Shown piece after piece: positions 9,941-19,534 of a stretch of DNA of 64,000 nucleotides (its first letter is position 1; every line of letters starts with the position of its first letter). The notes under the pieces were generated by a model, which saw only the letters and a program-made list of their open reading frames with translations, searched no databases and was not told the origin of the DNA. The position numbers were made by a program, and so were the translations under genes. Source of the DNA: Cyanobacteria bacterium auto_48_18 (lineage in GTDB: Bacteria; Cyanobacteriota; Vampirovibrionia; Obscuribacterales; Obscuribacteraceae); contig JAVHQC010000034.1 of assembly GCA_036170915.1 (NCBI GenBank), positions 32,001 through 96,000 on the forward strand, read 5' to 3'.

Positions 9941-12289
9941 CTACAAAATCACCATCACTAATTTTGGCATAGTTCTTTGCAGTTCTTGATCATCGCTGGG
10001 TTCTAGAATGTCTCCGGCGATCACAAGCGTTTTCAGATGGTCAAACTTTTTTATAGAGTGCACGCATGCCCTGGTCAATTTGGTTGCCTGGCCAAGATTC
10101 AAATATGTTAGTTGTTTCGCACCAGTCAGCTGTTCTAAGTTTGCATCGGTAAGAAGTATATTCGTCAGTGTTAGTTTTGTCAGATTTTTTACGCTGCAAA
10201 TAGAATCAATATCCTCTGAGGCTAGTGTGGTATCGCGCAAACCTAAACTCCAGAGCACTTCGCTATTTTTCAGTGCTCTCAATATGGGTGAGACGTTTTT
10301 CGTATGCGCCAGAGTAAGCATTTGTAATTGAAGCAAGATAGATGAGTTTGCCATTGGCTCAACTGCTTCTGGCAAAAGTTCTACGTCTAATATGCGTAAT
10401 TTTTTTAAGCTACTCAAAATTTCGATGTTTTTTTTATCCAGTGGTACATAGAGTAATTCTAGATCGGTCAGGCTACCAAGCTTTGCAATATATGGCACAA
10501 CGTCAGGCTTTTGGCCGCTCACAGCACCAAATCTGAGTGTGGTTAGGTCGTCAGCCTTAAAGTATTGCAGCAACTCTGGTCTAGTGATGGTGGCCTGACC
10601 GGCAGTGAACATTGCAGGCGCGTCAGCCGGAATGATTATTTCGCCTGATGCTGGTCGAGTATCACCATAGTCAAACTCACCGAGAGAGAATGTTTTTGGG
10701 AACGAAAATTTCTTTTTCTTTTCTCCATTGACAGTAATGACAGAAGAATAGTCTGACGGTTTGCTGAGCAAGTAATCTTTAATTAGACTTGAGTTCGTTT
10801 CTTCGCCGCCCTTACCTAGAAAGTCTAAAGAAGCAGAGTCAAGGTTGTCCCTCATGGGCAAATCGGCTACATCTTTTGAAAACTTGTGCTCGGCTACGGC
10901 TTTAGAATGACTATTGGTAAAAGTATTCCAGACAAAAAGCAAAGCGGTCACCGTGCAAGCGCTCACTGCCACCATTGCTAAAATTGGCACAAGCGCCGGT
11001 CTGGCCCCCACTGGTTCACCGGTGTGGGCAACCGCTTCACTGGCAGAGCGTCTCGCGTGGGCAATGTCTTTGCCTTCCTTGATGCGCTCTAAATCAAGAG
11101 CCAACTCTTTAGCCGATTGATAGCGGTCATGGGGAAGTTTGGCCAGGCATTTATCAATTACATAATCGATTGACTGCGGCAGTGGAGTTTGAGTTTTTGT
11201 CACTGCTGATAGTATTGGTGGCAGATTTTCTTGATGCATGAGAGCGATTTCAAAAGCTGTTTTCGCTTCGAAAGGCACAAAGCCGCTTAGTGTTTCAAAC
11301 ATGGTGCAGCCAACGGCATAAATGTCTGAGCGCGCATCTACCGCCTCTCCGTTACATTGCTCAGGGCTCATATAATAAGGACTGCCGAAAATTTCGCCCA
11401 CAGCGGTGAGCTGCTGAATTTCATCTGCTTTAGTCAATTTAGAGATGCCAAAGTCAAGAATTTTTATTTCGTTGTCATCACAGAGAAAAATATTGGCCGG
11501 CTTGATATCGCGGTGAATGATACCGTTGCGATGTGCGTAGGCCAGACCTTCGAGTACTGCTAGAAAAATTTCAATAGTTCGATTCAGGCTTAATGCGCCT
11601 TCCCGGGTTAGGACGTCTTCGAGATTTTCACCCTCGAGAAAATCCATAGAGTAATAGAACACTGATTCTGCGTGAATGCCAAGATCATAAACTTTAACCA
11701 GATTTGCATGACTGAGTGCAGACAATATTTTGGCCTCGCTTTGAAAGCGTAACCAGAGTTTTTCACTGGTCAACCCTGCTCTCAGCACTTTAAGCGCTAC
11801 CACCCGCTGCAGCGCTATGTGCGTGGCCAGATATACCACTCCCATACCACCTTCACCAATAACAGAATTGACTTTGAAAGTGCCACCAATTATAGTGCCG
11901 GGCGAAATTTCGGCCAGGCTTTGCTCGTGGACGAGTTTAGAGAGTATGTCTTTTGCCTGGCTGCGTTTTTGTTCGATTCTTTCTCGCGTACCTGTACGAC
12001 TGAAGTTGTCAGTTGAAATTGCAAATTTTGGATGGGCGCATTGACAGCGCAGTTCTTTAAAGAGGAAACCTGTAAATGAGCCTGCTTTTTGCTCAAGTGG
12101 CCTCGATTTGCCACAATTGACGCAGATCTGATTGATGGCCGTTGTGCCACCAGCTTTATTCTTTCGGTCACCACTATTTTCTTGCTCAATTTTGCATCGG
12201 CAATAATTATGCTGAAAAAAGTATGACGTGATTGAACCGGCCCTGATGCTTGGTTCTGGTTTACCGCAAGTTTTGCAAATCACGTCCAT
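9941..12289 (-). CDS. Receptor-like Ser/Thr kinase (2x Cys4 repeat - kinase - TM - LRR), copy 4
   Basis: GEGGMG, HRDIKPAN, DFG, SPE; TM ILAMVAVSACTVTALLFVW; LRRs. Confidence 0.93.
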   Translation of the reverse strand: MDVICKTCGKPEPSIRAGSITSYFFQHNYCRCKIEQENSGDRKNKAGGTTAINQICVNCGKSRPLEQKAGSFTGFLFKELRCQCAHPKFAISTDNFSRTGTRERIEQKRSQAKDILSKLVHEQSLAEISPGTIIGGTFKVNSVIGEGGMGVVYLATHIALQRVVALKVLRAGLTSEKLWLRFQSEAKILSALSHANLVKVYDLGIHAESVFYYSMDFLEGENLEDVLTREGALSLNRTIEIFLAVLEGLAYAHRNGIIHRDIKPANIFLCDDNEIKILDFGISKLTKADEIQQLTAVGEIFGSPYYMSPEQCNGEAVDARSDIYAVGCTMFETLSGFVPFEAKTAFEIALMHQENLPPILSAVTKTQTPLPQSIDYVIDKCLAKLPHDRYQSAKELALDLERIKEGKDIAHARRSASEAVAHTGEPVGARPALVPILAMVAVSACTVTALLFVWNTFTNSHSKAVAEHKFSKDVADLPMRDNLDSASLDFLGKGGEETNSSLIKDYLLSKPSDYSSVITVNGEKKKKFSFPKTFSLGEFDYGDTRPASGEIIIPADAPAMFTAGQATITRPELLQYFKADDLTTLRFGAVSGQKPDVVPYIAKLGSLTDLELLYVPLDKKNIEILSSLKKLRILDVELLPEAVEPMANSSILLQLQMLTLAHTKNVSPILRALKNSEVLWSLGLRDTTLASEDIDSICSVKNLTKLTLTNILLTDANLEQLTGAKQLTYLNLGQATKLTRACVHSIKKFDHLKTLVIAGDILEPSDDQELQRTMPKLVMVIL
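12194..12269. repeat. 76-bp near-identical segment, copy B (other copy 9838-9913)
   Basis: Manual alignment: 73/76 identical with 9838-9913; encodes the first Cys4 repeat of kinase copy 4. Confidence 0.85.
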
Positions 12290-12293
12290 ATGG

Positions 12294-14627
12294 TCACTTT
12301 AACATTTCGACTAATGAATTAGAGGCGCCTTCTGTCAGGCGTTTGAGTTTGGGCAGCGCCTTTCTCAGACGCGCGCGCTCCGCTGCTGTTAAATTGTTCG
12401 ATATTTCAAGCGCTTCCAGGTTCTTGAATTTTTCTAACTCTTTAATGCAGTCAGCATCAAGAGGAAAACCAGCATCAAATTTCAAATTGGTGATTGATGC
12501 CTTGGACAACTGCGAAAGCTCGGTAGCGGAAAAGGCCATGTCTTTGCACGTGAGAGTGACAAGACTTTTTAGTGCCACCAGATGTTCTATATCTTCGCTG
12601 GTCAGTTCGGTGCCAACGAGATCTAGCTCGCGCAAATGGCTATGCGCCGCCAGCGCTCGCAAGAGAGGAGTAATTGACGGGGTGCCTTTGAGGCGCAATG
12701 TACGCCATTGCGGCAAGCTCTTGCAAGTTGCCAGTGCCTCATAATCATTACCACCGGTCAAATGCAGCGATTGCAACTTAGGCAGGTTATTTAGCCTGGC
12801 CACGTCGTCTCTATCTAGCCCTTCGCCTTGTAAGCCGATATACTTCAGGCTGGTCAATTTTTCAATATACGGTAAGAGCAATTTATTATTTGCCCTGACG
12901 CTCGAAAATCCGATACCCTCAAGGTCATCTTTTTTAAAAAACTTTAGCAGCTGCGGATGATCCGCCACTGTTTGACCGCAATAGAGATTGACCACAAGAC
13001 CTTGCGGTATTTTGCAGACACCTTTGGCCGGCATTGACACCGACTGGCCGGGTGGAAAATAGGTCAACGTGCCTAGAGAATAATTGAGGGGGAAAGAAAA
13101 GATTTTAAGATGCTTGCCGTTCTCCTCGACCATCTTGCTGTAGGCCTCGGGCGGCATGTGAATATCTTCGGCAGGCAAAATCTTTTCATCAGGAACGACT
13201 GACTGTAAGCGATCTAACTCTCGCTTCGATTGCTCAAATTTAGGATTTTTCGTTGCCTGTTTTACCGGGCTTGGGTTGAAATAAGTAAACCAGATTGTTA
13301 GTGCCACCAGGCTCAGTATCAGTACTGCTGCTAGTGCTCCTAATACTATGGTGCTGCGACTTACATCTGCTTCACTGGCGACTGCAGGCCTCGCTGACGC
13401 CAGTGGGGCGCTCAGTTCTTTACCCTCTTTAATTCGTTCAAGATCAAGGGCCAGTTCTTTAGCTGATTGATAGCGATTGCGTGGCAGCTTGGCCATGCAC
13501 TTTTCTATTAGTTGATCGATTGAATCAGGCAGTGCAATATCAGTCAAATCAGACAGTAGTGGTGGCTGGTTTTCTTGATGCATCAAGCCGATTTCAACCG
13601 CTGATTCTGCTTCAAAGGGAACAAATCCTGAAAGTGTTTCAAAAATGGCGCAACCCACTGCATAAATGTCTGAGCGCGCGTCCACTGACGTACCCATGCA
13701 TTGTTCGGGGCTCATATAAAAGGGGCTGCCAAAAACTTCGCCGGCTGCTGTTAGTTGCTGTGCCTGATCATCACGGCTGACCAGTTTGGCTATGCCGAAA
13801 TCGAGAATTTTCACTTCTGCTGCAAGAGCATTGGTGGCACTACTACATATGAAAATATTTGCGGGTTTGATATCGCGGTGAATAATGCCATTGCGATGAG
13901 CATAAGCGAGGCCTTCAAGCACACTGATGAAAATGTCTATGGTGCGCTCAAGAGTTTGAGGGCCGTCTTTGGCTAACAAATCTTCGAGCGTCTGCCCTTG
14001 AAGGTAGTCCATAGAGTAGTAAATAACCGAATTTTCATGGATGCCCAGGTCATAAACATTGACCAGATTCTGATGCTTCAGATTTGCAAGGGTCTTTGCC
14101 TCGCTTTGAAAACGCTTCCAAAAATGCTCACTAACCAGGCTTGGTGCCAGAACCTTGAGCGCGAACTTTTGTGGAAGAGTGCGATGTTGTGCCAGGTAAA
14201 CCGTACCCATGCCACCCACGCCAATAATCGATTCGATTTTAAAGGTGCCACCAATAATAGTGCCTGGGTTAAGTGGTTTTGCCTCGGCACGACTAAATTC
14301 AAGCTTGTCACCCATTCTGTCTGCGGTTCGTGTGCGGCCCAGAAGGTTTTTTTGATTAACGGCAAATTTGGGTCTGCTGCACTGGCAGCGCAGTTCTTTA
14401 AATAGAAATGAAGTGAATGACCCCACCTTTTTATCTTTTGGGCTCGACTTACCGCAATTAAGGCAAATTTGACTGTCTTGCGGGGTCGCCGAGCCGCGGG
14501 TGAGCCGCAAGCCGCGCTGCTTGTTCTTCTCACACTGGCAGTAGTTATGTTCAAAGAAATAAGCGGTAATGGAGCCGGCCCTGGTGGTCGACCTCGATTT
14601 GCCGCAACTTTGACAGAGGGTAGTCAT
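12294..14627 (-). CDS. Receptor-like Ser/Thr kinase (2x Cys4 repeat - kinase - TM - LRR), copy 3
   Basis: GVGGMG, HRDIKPAN, DFG, SPE; TM IVLGALAAVLILSLVALTIWFTYF; LRRs. Confidence 0.93.
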   Translation of the reverse strand: MTTLCQSCGKSRSTTRAGSITAYFFEHNYCQCEKNKQRGLRLTRGSATPQDSQICLNCGKSSPKDKKVGSFTSFLFKELRCQCSRPKFAVNQKNLLGRTRTADRMGDKLEFSRAEAKPLNPGTIIGGTFKIESIIGVGGMGTVYLAQHRTLPQKFALKVLAPSLVSEHFWKRFQSEAKTLANLKHQNLVNVYDLGIHENSVIYYSMDYLQGQTLEDLLAKDGPQTLERTIDIFISVLEGLAYAHRNGIIHRDIKPANIFICSSATNALAAEVKILDFGIAKLVSRDDQAQQLTAAGEVFGSPFYMSPEQCMGTSVDARSDIYAVGCAIFETLSGFVPFEAESAVEIGLMHQENQPPLLSDLTDIALPDSIDQLIEKCMAKLPRNRYQSAKELALDLERIKEGKELSAPLASARPAVASEADVSRSTIVLGALAAVLILSLVALTIWFTYFNPSPVKQATKNPKFEQSKRELDRLQSVVPDEKILPAEDIHMPPEAYSKMVEENGKHLKIFSFPLNYSLGTLTYFPPGQSVSMPAKGVCKIPQGLVVNLYCGQTVADHPQLLKFFKKDDLEGIGFSSVRANNKLLLPYIEKLTSLKYIGLQGEGLDRDDVARLNNLPKLQSLHLTGGNDYEALATCKSLPQWRTLRLKGTPSITPLLRALAAHSHLRELDLVGTELTSEDIEHLVALKSLVTLTCKDMAFSATELSQLSKASITNLKFDAGFPLDADCIKELEKFKNLEALEISNNLTAAERARLRKALPKLKRLTEGASNSLVEMLK

Positions 14628-14718
14628 TAAGGGCCCTGGAACAACGGCCTCTAAGTATATCTTGTCTAGTGACTAATCTAGAGATAGCTGCGGCCAGCCT
14701 GCCGAGATGTCATTTCGG

Positions 14719-17133
14719 CTACTCCAAGGCTTGTGAATCGGTTGCTGAAGGCTCAATTTTTTTCAGTGAAGGAATGGATTTATACAAAGATTTTTTATAA
14801 CTATCGTTATCGAAATACTCTTGCGGTATCGTCAATAATTGAAGGTGTTTGAACTTTGTCAAAGTCGAAAGACACTGCGGATTTAACTTGCACTGAATAA
14901 TTTCGAGATGGTTTAGTCCAGGTAATTTTGCCAGTTGTTCCATTACGGCATTGCTTATGACCATACGTCTTAGCGTGATAAAACTCAGTGATTTGCAGGT
15001 GCTCAGGCTGTCTATGTCAGCTGCGGTCAATTTGACTTTTTCTAAAGTTAGAGCTTCGAGCTTACTGCTGCCACTAAGAGCTTTCAAAGTTTGAGGCAAA
15101 CTGTGACTAACTTCCAGGTACAAATACGATAGTTGCGGTAAAAGCTTGCACTTTGAAAATGATTTGTCTTCAAGTTGTGATGAGCTCATAGTCAATGATT
15201 CAAGCTTACGTAAACGGTTTAGATAAGCCACGTCTTCAGGGCGAAAATTTATGCCGTCCAGCCGCAGCCTGGTCATAGCAGTAAACTTGGCTATATGTGG
15301 CATCGGTGTACTTTCGGCGAATTTCGATACGCTAATTGAAAGTCCAGCCAGCTCGTCAACTTGAAATAGCTGAAGCAGCTGAGGAAAACCAGCTACGGCG
15401 TCGCTCGCGTCTAGAATATGCGGACCACTGTCTGGCAGAATCACATTACCCCGGGCTTGAACCGCCTGCCCCGAGTGAGCAGAGCTGGTCAGGCTGCCTA
15501 AAGAAAACTGCTGGGGGAAGTAATAAGCTTTTTGCAGTCTATTGTCTATGCGCACCATGCGTGAATAACTAACAGGTTTTGTGCGTAGATAGGCATTTAC
15601 TTTTCGCGTCAGGCCTTCATCGTCTAAGGAAGAATCTATTTTTGGTTCAACACCCGAGGCTTCGCTATCACTTAAGGTGTCTTGAATTTTACTAGCTATT
15701 TCTGGTTCTATTGGTGCAGACATATTGATGAAATAAATACCGGTGAAAGTTGCCCCAATTAGTGCCACCACCAGTACAACCAGGCCTATCATAGCGGCAG
15801 GAATTAAGCTGCCCTGGCGCTCAGAACTCTGCGCGCCTTCATTTTCATAATGGCGATTGCGAACGGTTGTTGTGGCAAAGCTGGCTAACTCTTTACCGGC
15901 TTTAATGCGCTCTAGATCGAGGGCCAGCTCTTTTGCTGTCTGGTAACGATCTTGAGGTAATTTTGCCAGGCATCTAGACACAACCAGATCGATTGACTCT
16001 GGTAAATCTGCTGTTGCTAAGTCAGAAAGCAATGGAGGTTCGTCTTCTTCGTGCTTCATGGCAATTTCAAGAGAAGATTGACCATCGAAAGGCACATAAC
16101 CACTCAGAGTTTCAAAAATCGAACAGCCTACAGAATATAAGTCTGACCGTATGTCGGCTTCGCCGCCGGTGCACTGCTCTGGGCTCATATAAAATGGGCT
16201 GCCAATAATTTGGCCCACTGCCGTTAGTTTTTGCGCCTCATCTCGATTGGTCAATTTTGCAATGCCAAAATCAAGAATTTTTATTGTTAGTAGAGCGCTG
16301 GCTTCAGTCTGAGCGAGAAAAATATTGGCAGGCTTGATATCGCGATGGATGATACCGTGGCGGTGAGCGTATGCAAGGCCGTCTAGCACTGCTATAAAAA
16401 TATCAAGGGTAGCCGTGAGCGTCAGCGGCCCGTCTTGCGCGAGAATATCTTCTAGATTGCGGCCTTGCAGATAATCCATCGAATAGTAATAGACACTTTG
16501 ATCGTGTATGCCTAAGTCATAGACAGTTACCAGGTTTGGATGTTTGAGCGCTCCTAAAGTTTTCGCCTCAGATTGAAAGCGTAACCAGAAATGTTCACTT
16601 ATTAAGGACGGTGACAGAACTTTGAGCGCATAAACTTTATTCATCGCTAAATGTTTTGTCAGGTAAACAGTGCCCATGCCGCCGGTGCCTATAATTTTGA
16701 TGATTTCAAATGTGCCACCGATAACGGTGCCCGCGGCAATTGGTCTTAACTGCTGATCGCCTGAAATCTCAGACTTCTTCTTTAGCTGGCTGCGTTCTGC
16801 AGTTTGTGTACGCCCGAAGCTATTCTTTCTATGCTTAACCAGCTTCGGATTCTTAGCCAGCTTCGGATTTTCGCACTGGCAGCGCAATTCTTTAAATAGG
16901 AAGGCTGTAAATGAGCCAATTTTTTCTTCAGTTGGTCGCGATTTTCCGCAATTCAGGCAAATTTGTGCTGCGTCTTTTTGGTCATTTCTATTACGCTCAG
17001 ATAAATTACTTTCAACACCATCAGCGGCCGAGCGGCATCGGCAATAGTTGTGCTGAAAAAAATAGGAAGTAATTGACCCGGCTCTATCTGCTAAGGGTGA
17101 TTTGCCGCACTGCGGGCAGAGGCTATCAGTCAT
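14719..17133 (-). CDS. Receptor-like Ser/Thr kinase (2x Cys4 repeat - kinase - TM - LRR), copy 2
   Basis: GTGGMG, HRDIKPAN, DFG, SPE; TM AAMIGLVVLVVALIGATFTGIYFI; LRRs. Confidence 0.93.
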   Translation of the reverse strand: MTDSLCPQCGKSPLADRAGSITSYFFQHNYCRCRSAADGVESNLSERNRNDQKDAAQICLNCGKSRPTEEKIGSFTAFLFKELRCQCENPKLAKNPKLVKHRKNSFGRTQTAERSQLKKKSEISGDQQLRPIAAGTVIGGTFEIIKIIGTGGMGTVYLTKHLAMNKVYALKVLSPSLISEHFWLRFQSEAKTLGALKHPNLVTVYDLGIHDQSVYYYSMDYLQGRNLEDILAQDGPLTLTATLDIFIAVLDGLAYAHRHGIIHRDIKPANIFLAQTEASALLTIKILDFGIAKLTNRDEAQKLTAVGQIIGSPFYMSPEQCTGGEADIRSDLYSVGCSIFETLSGYVPFDGQSSLEIAMKHEEDEPPLLSDLATADLPESIDLVVSRCLAKLPQDRYQTAKELALDLERIKAGKELASFATTTVRNRHYENEGAQSSERQGSLIPAAMIGLVVLVVALIGATFTGIYFINMSAPIEPEIASKIQDTLSDSEASGVEPKIDSSLDDEGLTRKVNAYLRTKPVSYSRMVRIDNRLQKAYYFPQQFSLGSLTSSAHSGQAVQARGNVILPDSGPHILDASDAVAGFPQLLQLFQVDELAGLSISVSKFAESTPMPHIAKFTAMTRLRLDGINFRPEDVAYLNRLRKLESLTMSSSQLEDKSFSKCKLLPQLSYLYLEVSHSLPQTLKALSGSSKLEALTLEKVKLTAADIDSLSTCKSLSFITLRRMVISNAVMEQLAKLPGLNHLEIIQCKLNPQCLSTLTKFKHLQLLTIPQEYFDNDSYKKSLYKSIPSLKKIEPSATDSQALE

Positions 17134-17143
17134 TTCATCACCA

Positions 17144-19531
17144 TTAAAACTGGGCCTTGTCTGCCTGGCGTATGCGCTTTAGCTTTGGCAAGGCGCGAAA
17201 TAATTGTTGCTCTTGCATGGCATCGAAAAGTCCGTCAGGCAAAAGTAGAGTTTTTAGATTTTTGAACTTTTTCAAAGCTTCAAGACACGAGCTGTCGAGC
17301 CTTGAACCCTGGTGTAGAGCAAGTGACTTCAGTCTCGGTAATTGTGATAGCTTATCGAGGGTTTCTTTGGTGAGAGTCATATTCTTGAAAGATAGACTTT
17401 TTAAATATTCTATTGATGCAATATTTTTCACATCAGCTTCTGTGAGCACAATATGATCCAGGTCAAGGCAGTCTAGGTTCGTGCTTGATGACAGCCGGGC
17501 CAACACTTCTGAAATATTAGACGGCCCGCGGAGACTGAGGCGAGAAAGCTGAGTTAGCATTTTGGTTTTGGCAAAATAAGACTGCCCTGCAGGAGTCAAT
17601 TCGATATGCAGTGCTGCAAGTTTAGTCAGCGGTTTAAGATATGGCAAGTCGGCATATTCGAAGCTGATGCCAGGCAGACTTAAATAATCAAGCTCGGTCA
17701 TTCTCGACACGAAAGGCATGACTCTGGTGCTGTCGCCTTTGCCTATAATAATTCCTTTTAAATCGTCTTTATAAAACTTCTTCAGCAGTTCAGGGAACTC
17801 GCCTACAAGCGGATTAGTGTTGAGGCTGAGGTAAGCGTCAGCCGGGACGATGCACTCGCCCCGAGCGTCAACGGTGTAGGGCATGCCTTCTTTAAAATAG
17901 GTCAAGGTGCCGATAGAAAAGCTTGGTGAAAAAGAGAACACTTTCAGTTGCTTTTCGTTCGAGCGCACTGTGTTTATGAGATAAGGTGCGGCTGATTTGG
18001 AGAATTCTTTTGCGCCAATACCATCGTCATCAACCACCGCTGGTAGCGTCAGGCTTGGACTTTTGGCAGTATCTTCCGCTTGTTCAATTCTCGGCACAAG
18101 TTCTGGTTGAGGAGCGTGATCGCGAGTAAAAACCCAGATTAATGCGGCACTGAGCGGCAACGAAAGCACGGCGGCAAAAACCAGCAATGTTGCGGGCGAA
18201 AGAATATTGGTGGTGTGCTCACCGCTGTTACCATTCTCATGAACCCGGGCCGATTGCTTACCACTCAATGATGAAAAAGCAGTTACTTCTTTGCCTTGTT
18301 TAATACGCTCAAGATCAAGAGCTAATTCTTTAGCAGACTGGTAACGATCACGGGGCAGCTTGGCCAGACATTTGGCAATGACTAAATCTATGGATGCCGG
18401 AAATTCTTTATCACTGACGGCGGAAAGATTAGGCGGATCTTTTTCTTCATGCATCAATGCAATTTCTACAGATGAATCTGCCTCAAAAGGAACATAACCG
18501 GTAAGGGTTTCAAAAATGGAGCAGCCCACAGAATACAGATCTGAGCGCGCGTCTACCGTCTCGCCCATGCATTGTTCTGGGCTCATATAAAAAGGGCTGC
18601 CGAAAACCTCACCTACGGCTGTAAGCTGCTGTGAGTCATCACCTTCGCTCACCAGTTTCGAAATGCCAAAATCGAGTATTTTAATTGCTGGCAAGACGCC
18701 GGCGGTTTCAGACGCACAAATAAAGATATTGGCAGGTTTGATATCACGGTGCACAATGCGCTGCCGGTGTGCGTATGCCAGTGCGTCAAGCACAGGCAGA
18801 AAGATCTCAATGGTATGCTCCAGGCTCTGGGCACCGTCCTGCGCCAAGATGTCTTCCAGGTTGCGACCTTTCAGATAATCCATAGAGTAGTAAAAAAGTG
18901 TTTTCTCGTGCACACCCAGATCGTAAACGTTAACCAGGTTGGGGTGATTTAAAGCTGCCAGTATTTTTGCTTCTGCCTGAAAGCGTAGCCAGTATTCTTC
19001 GCTGACAAAATCAGGGGCCAATATTTTTAGAGCATACTTTTTTTGCATTGCCTGGTGGTAGGCAAGATAGACAACACCCATACCACCTTCGCCAATCATT
19101 GATTCAATTTTGAACGTGCCACCAATAACGGTGCCCGGACGCAACGGCGTACCAGCTTCAATGCTTGCATTTTCTAGTTGCGCCTTTAAAATTTCAGTTG
19201 AGCGTCTTCTTTGTTTGATACGCTCGGCCGTGAGCGTGCGGCTGTTGTCAGACTTACTTTCGGTGCGGGTGCGAAACTTGGGCCGGGCGCACTGGCATCG
19301 CAGTTCTTTAAAAAGAAATGCCGTGAATGAGCCGGCCTTTTGGCCGGTGGGGCGGGACTTACCGCATTTTAAACAAATGGCTTCTTCGCGAACAATTGTC
19401 GCCTGCGACTTTTTTGACGATACTTCTTTTTGACATTGGCAGAAATTGTGCTGAAAGAAATAAGAAGTCATGGAACCAGCGCGAGCGGTGGCTTCAGGTT
19501 TGCCGCAGTTATGACAAAGATCTTTCGCCAT
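17144..19531 (-). CDS. Receptor-like Ser/Thr kinase (2x Cys4 repeat - kinase - TM - LRR), copy 1
   Basis: GEGGMG, HRDIKPAN, DFG, SPE; TM LLVFAAVLSLPLSAALIWVF; LRRs. Confidence 0.93.
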   Translation of the reverse strand: MAKDLCHNCGKPEATARAGSMTSYFFQHNFCQCQKEVSSKKSQATIVREEAICLKCGKSRPTGQKAGSFTAFLFKELRCQCARPKFRTRTESKSDNSRTLTAERIKQRRRSTEILKAQLENASIEAGTPLRPGTVIGGTFKIESMIGEGGMGVVYLAYHQAMQKKYALKILAPDFVSEEYWLRFQAEAKILAALNHPNLVNVYDLGVHEKTLFYYSMDYLKGRNLEDILAQDGAQSLEHTIEIFLPVLDALAYAHRQRIVHRDIKPANIFICASETAGVLPAIKILDFGISKLVSEGDDSQQLTAVGEVFGSPFYMSPEQCMGETVDARSDLYSVGCSIFETLTGYVPFEADSSVEIALMHEEKDPPNLSAVSDKEFPASIDLVIAKCLAKLPRDRYQSAKELALDLERIKQGKEVTAFSSLSGKQSARVHENGNSGEHTTNILSPATLLVFAAVLSLPLSAALIWVFTRDHAPQPELVPRIEQAEDTAKSPSLTLPAVVDDDGIGAKEFSKSAAPYLINTVRSNEKQLKVFSFSPSFSIGTLTYFKEGMPYTVDARGECIVPADAYLSLNTNPLVGEFPELLKKFYKDDLKGIIIGKGDSTRVMPFVSRMTELDYLSLPGISFEYADLPYLKPLTKLAALHIELTPAGQSYFAKTKMLTQLSRLSLRGPSNISEVLARLSSSTNLDCLDLDHIVLTEADVKNIASIEYLKSLSFKNMTLTKETLDKLSQLPRLKSLALHQGSRLDSSCLEALKKFKNLKTLLLPDGLFDAMQEQQLFRALPKLKRIRQADKAQF

Positions 19532-19534
19532 TCG

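Noticed and set aside
16839..16870. 18-bp-period duplication (NPKLAKNPKL) in kinase copy 2
   Set aside because: Small in-frame linker duplication with no independent significance
2859..19531. Diversity-generating retroelement acting on the kinase array
   Set aside because: No reverse transcriptase or Avd in the window. The 76-bp near-repeat lies in coding conserved N-termini, and its three mismatches are not all adenine-specific on either strand
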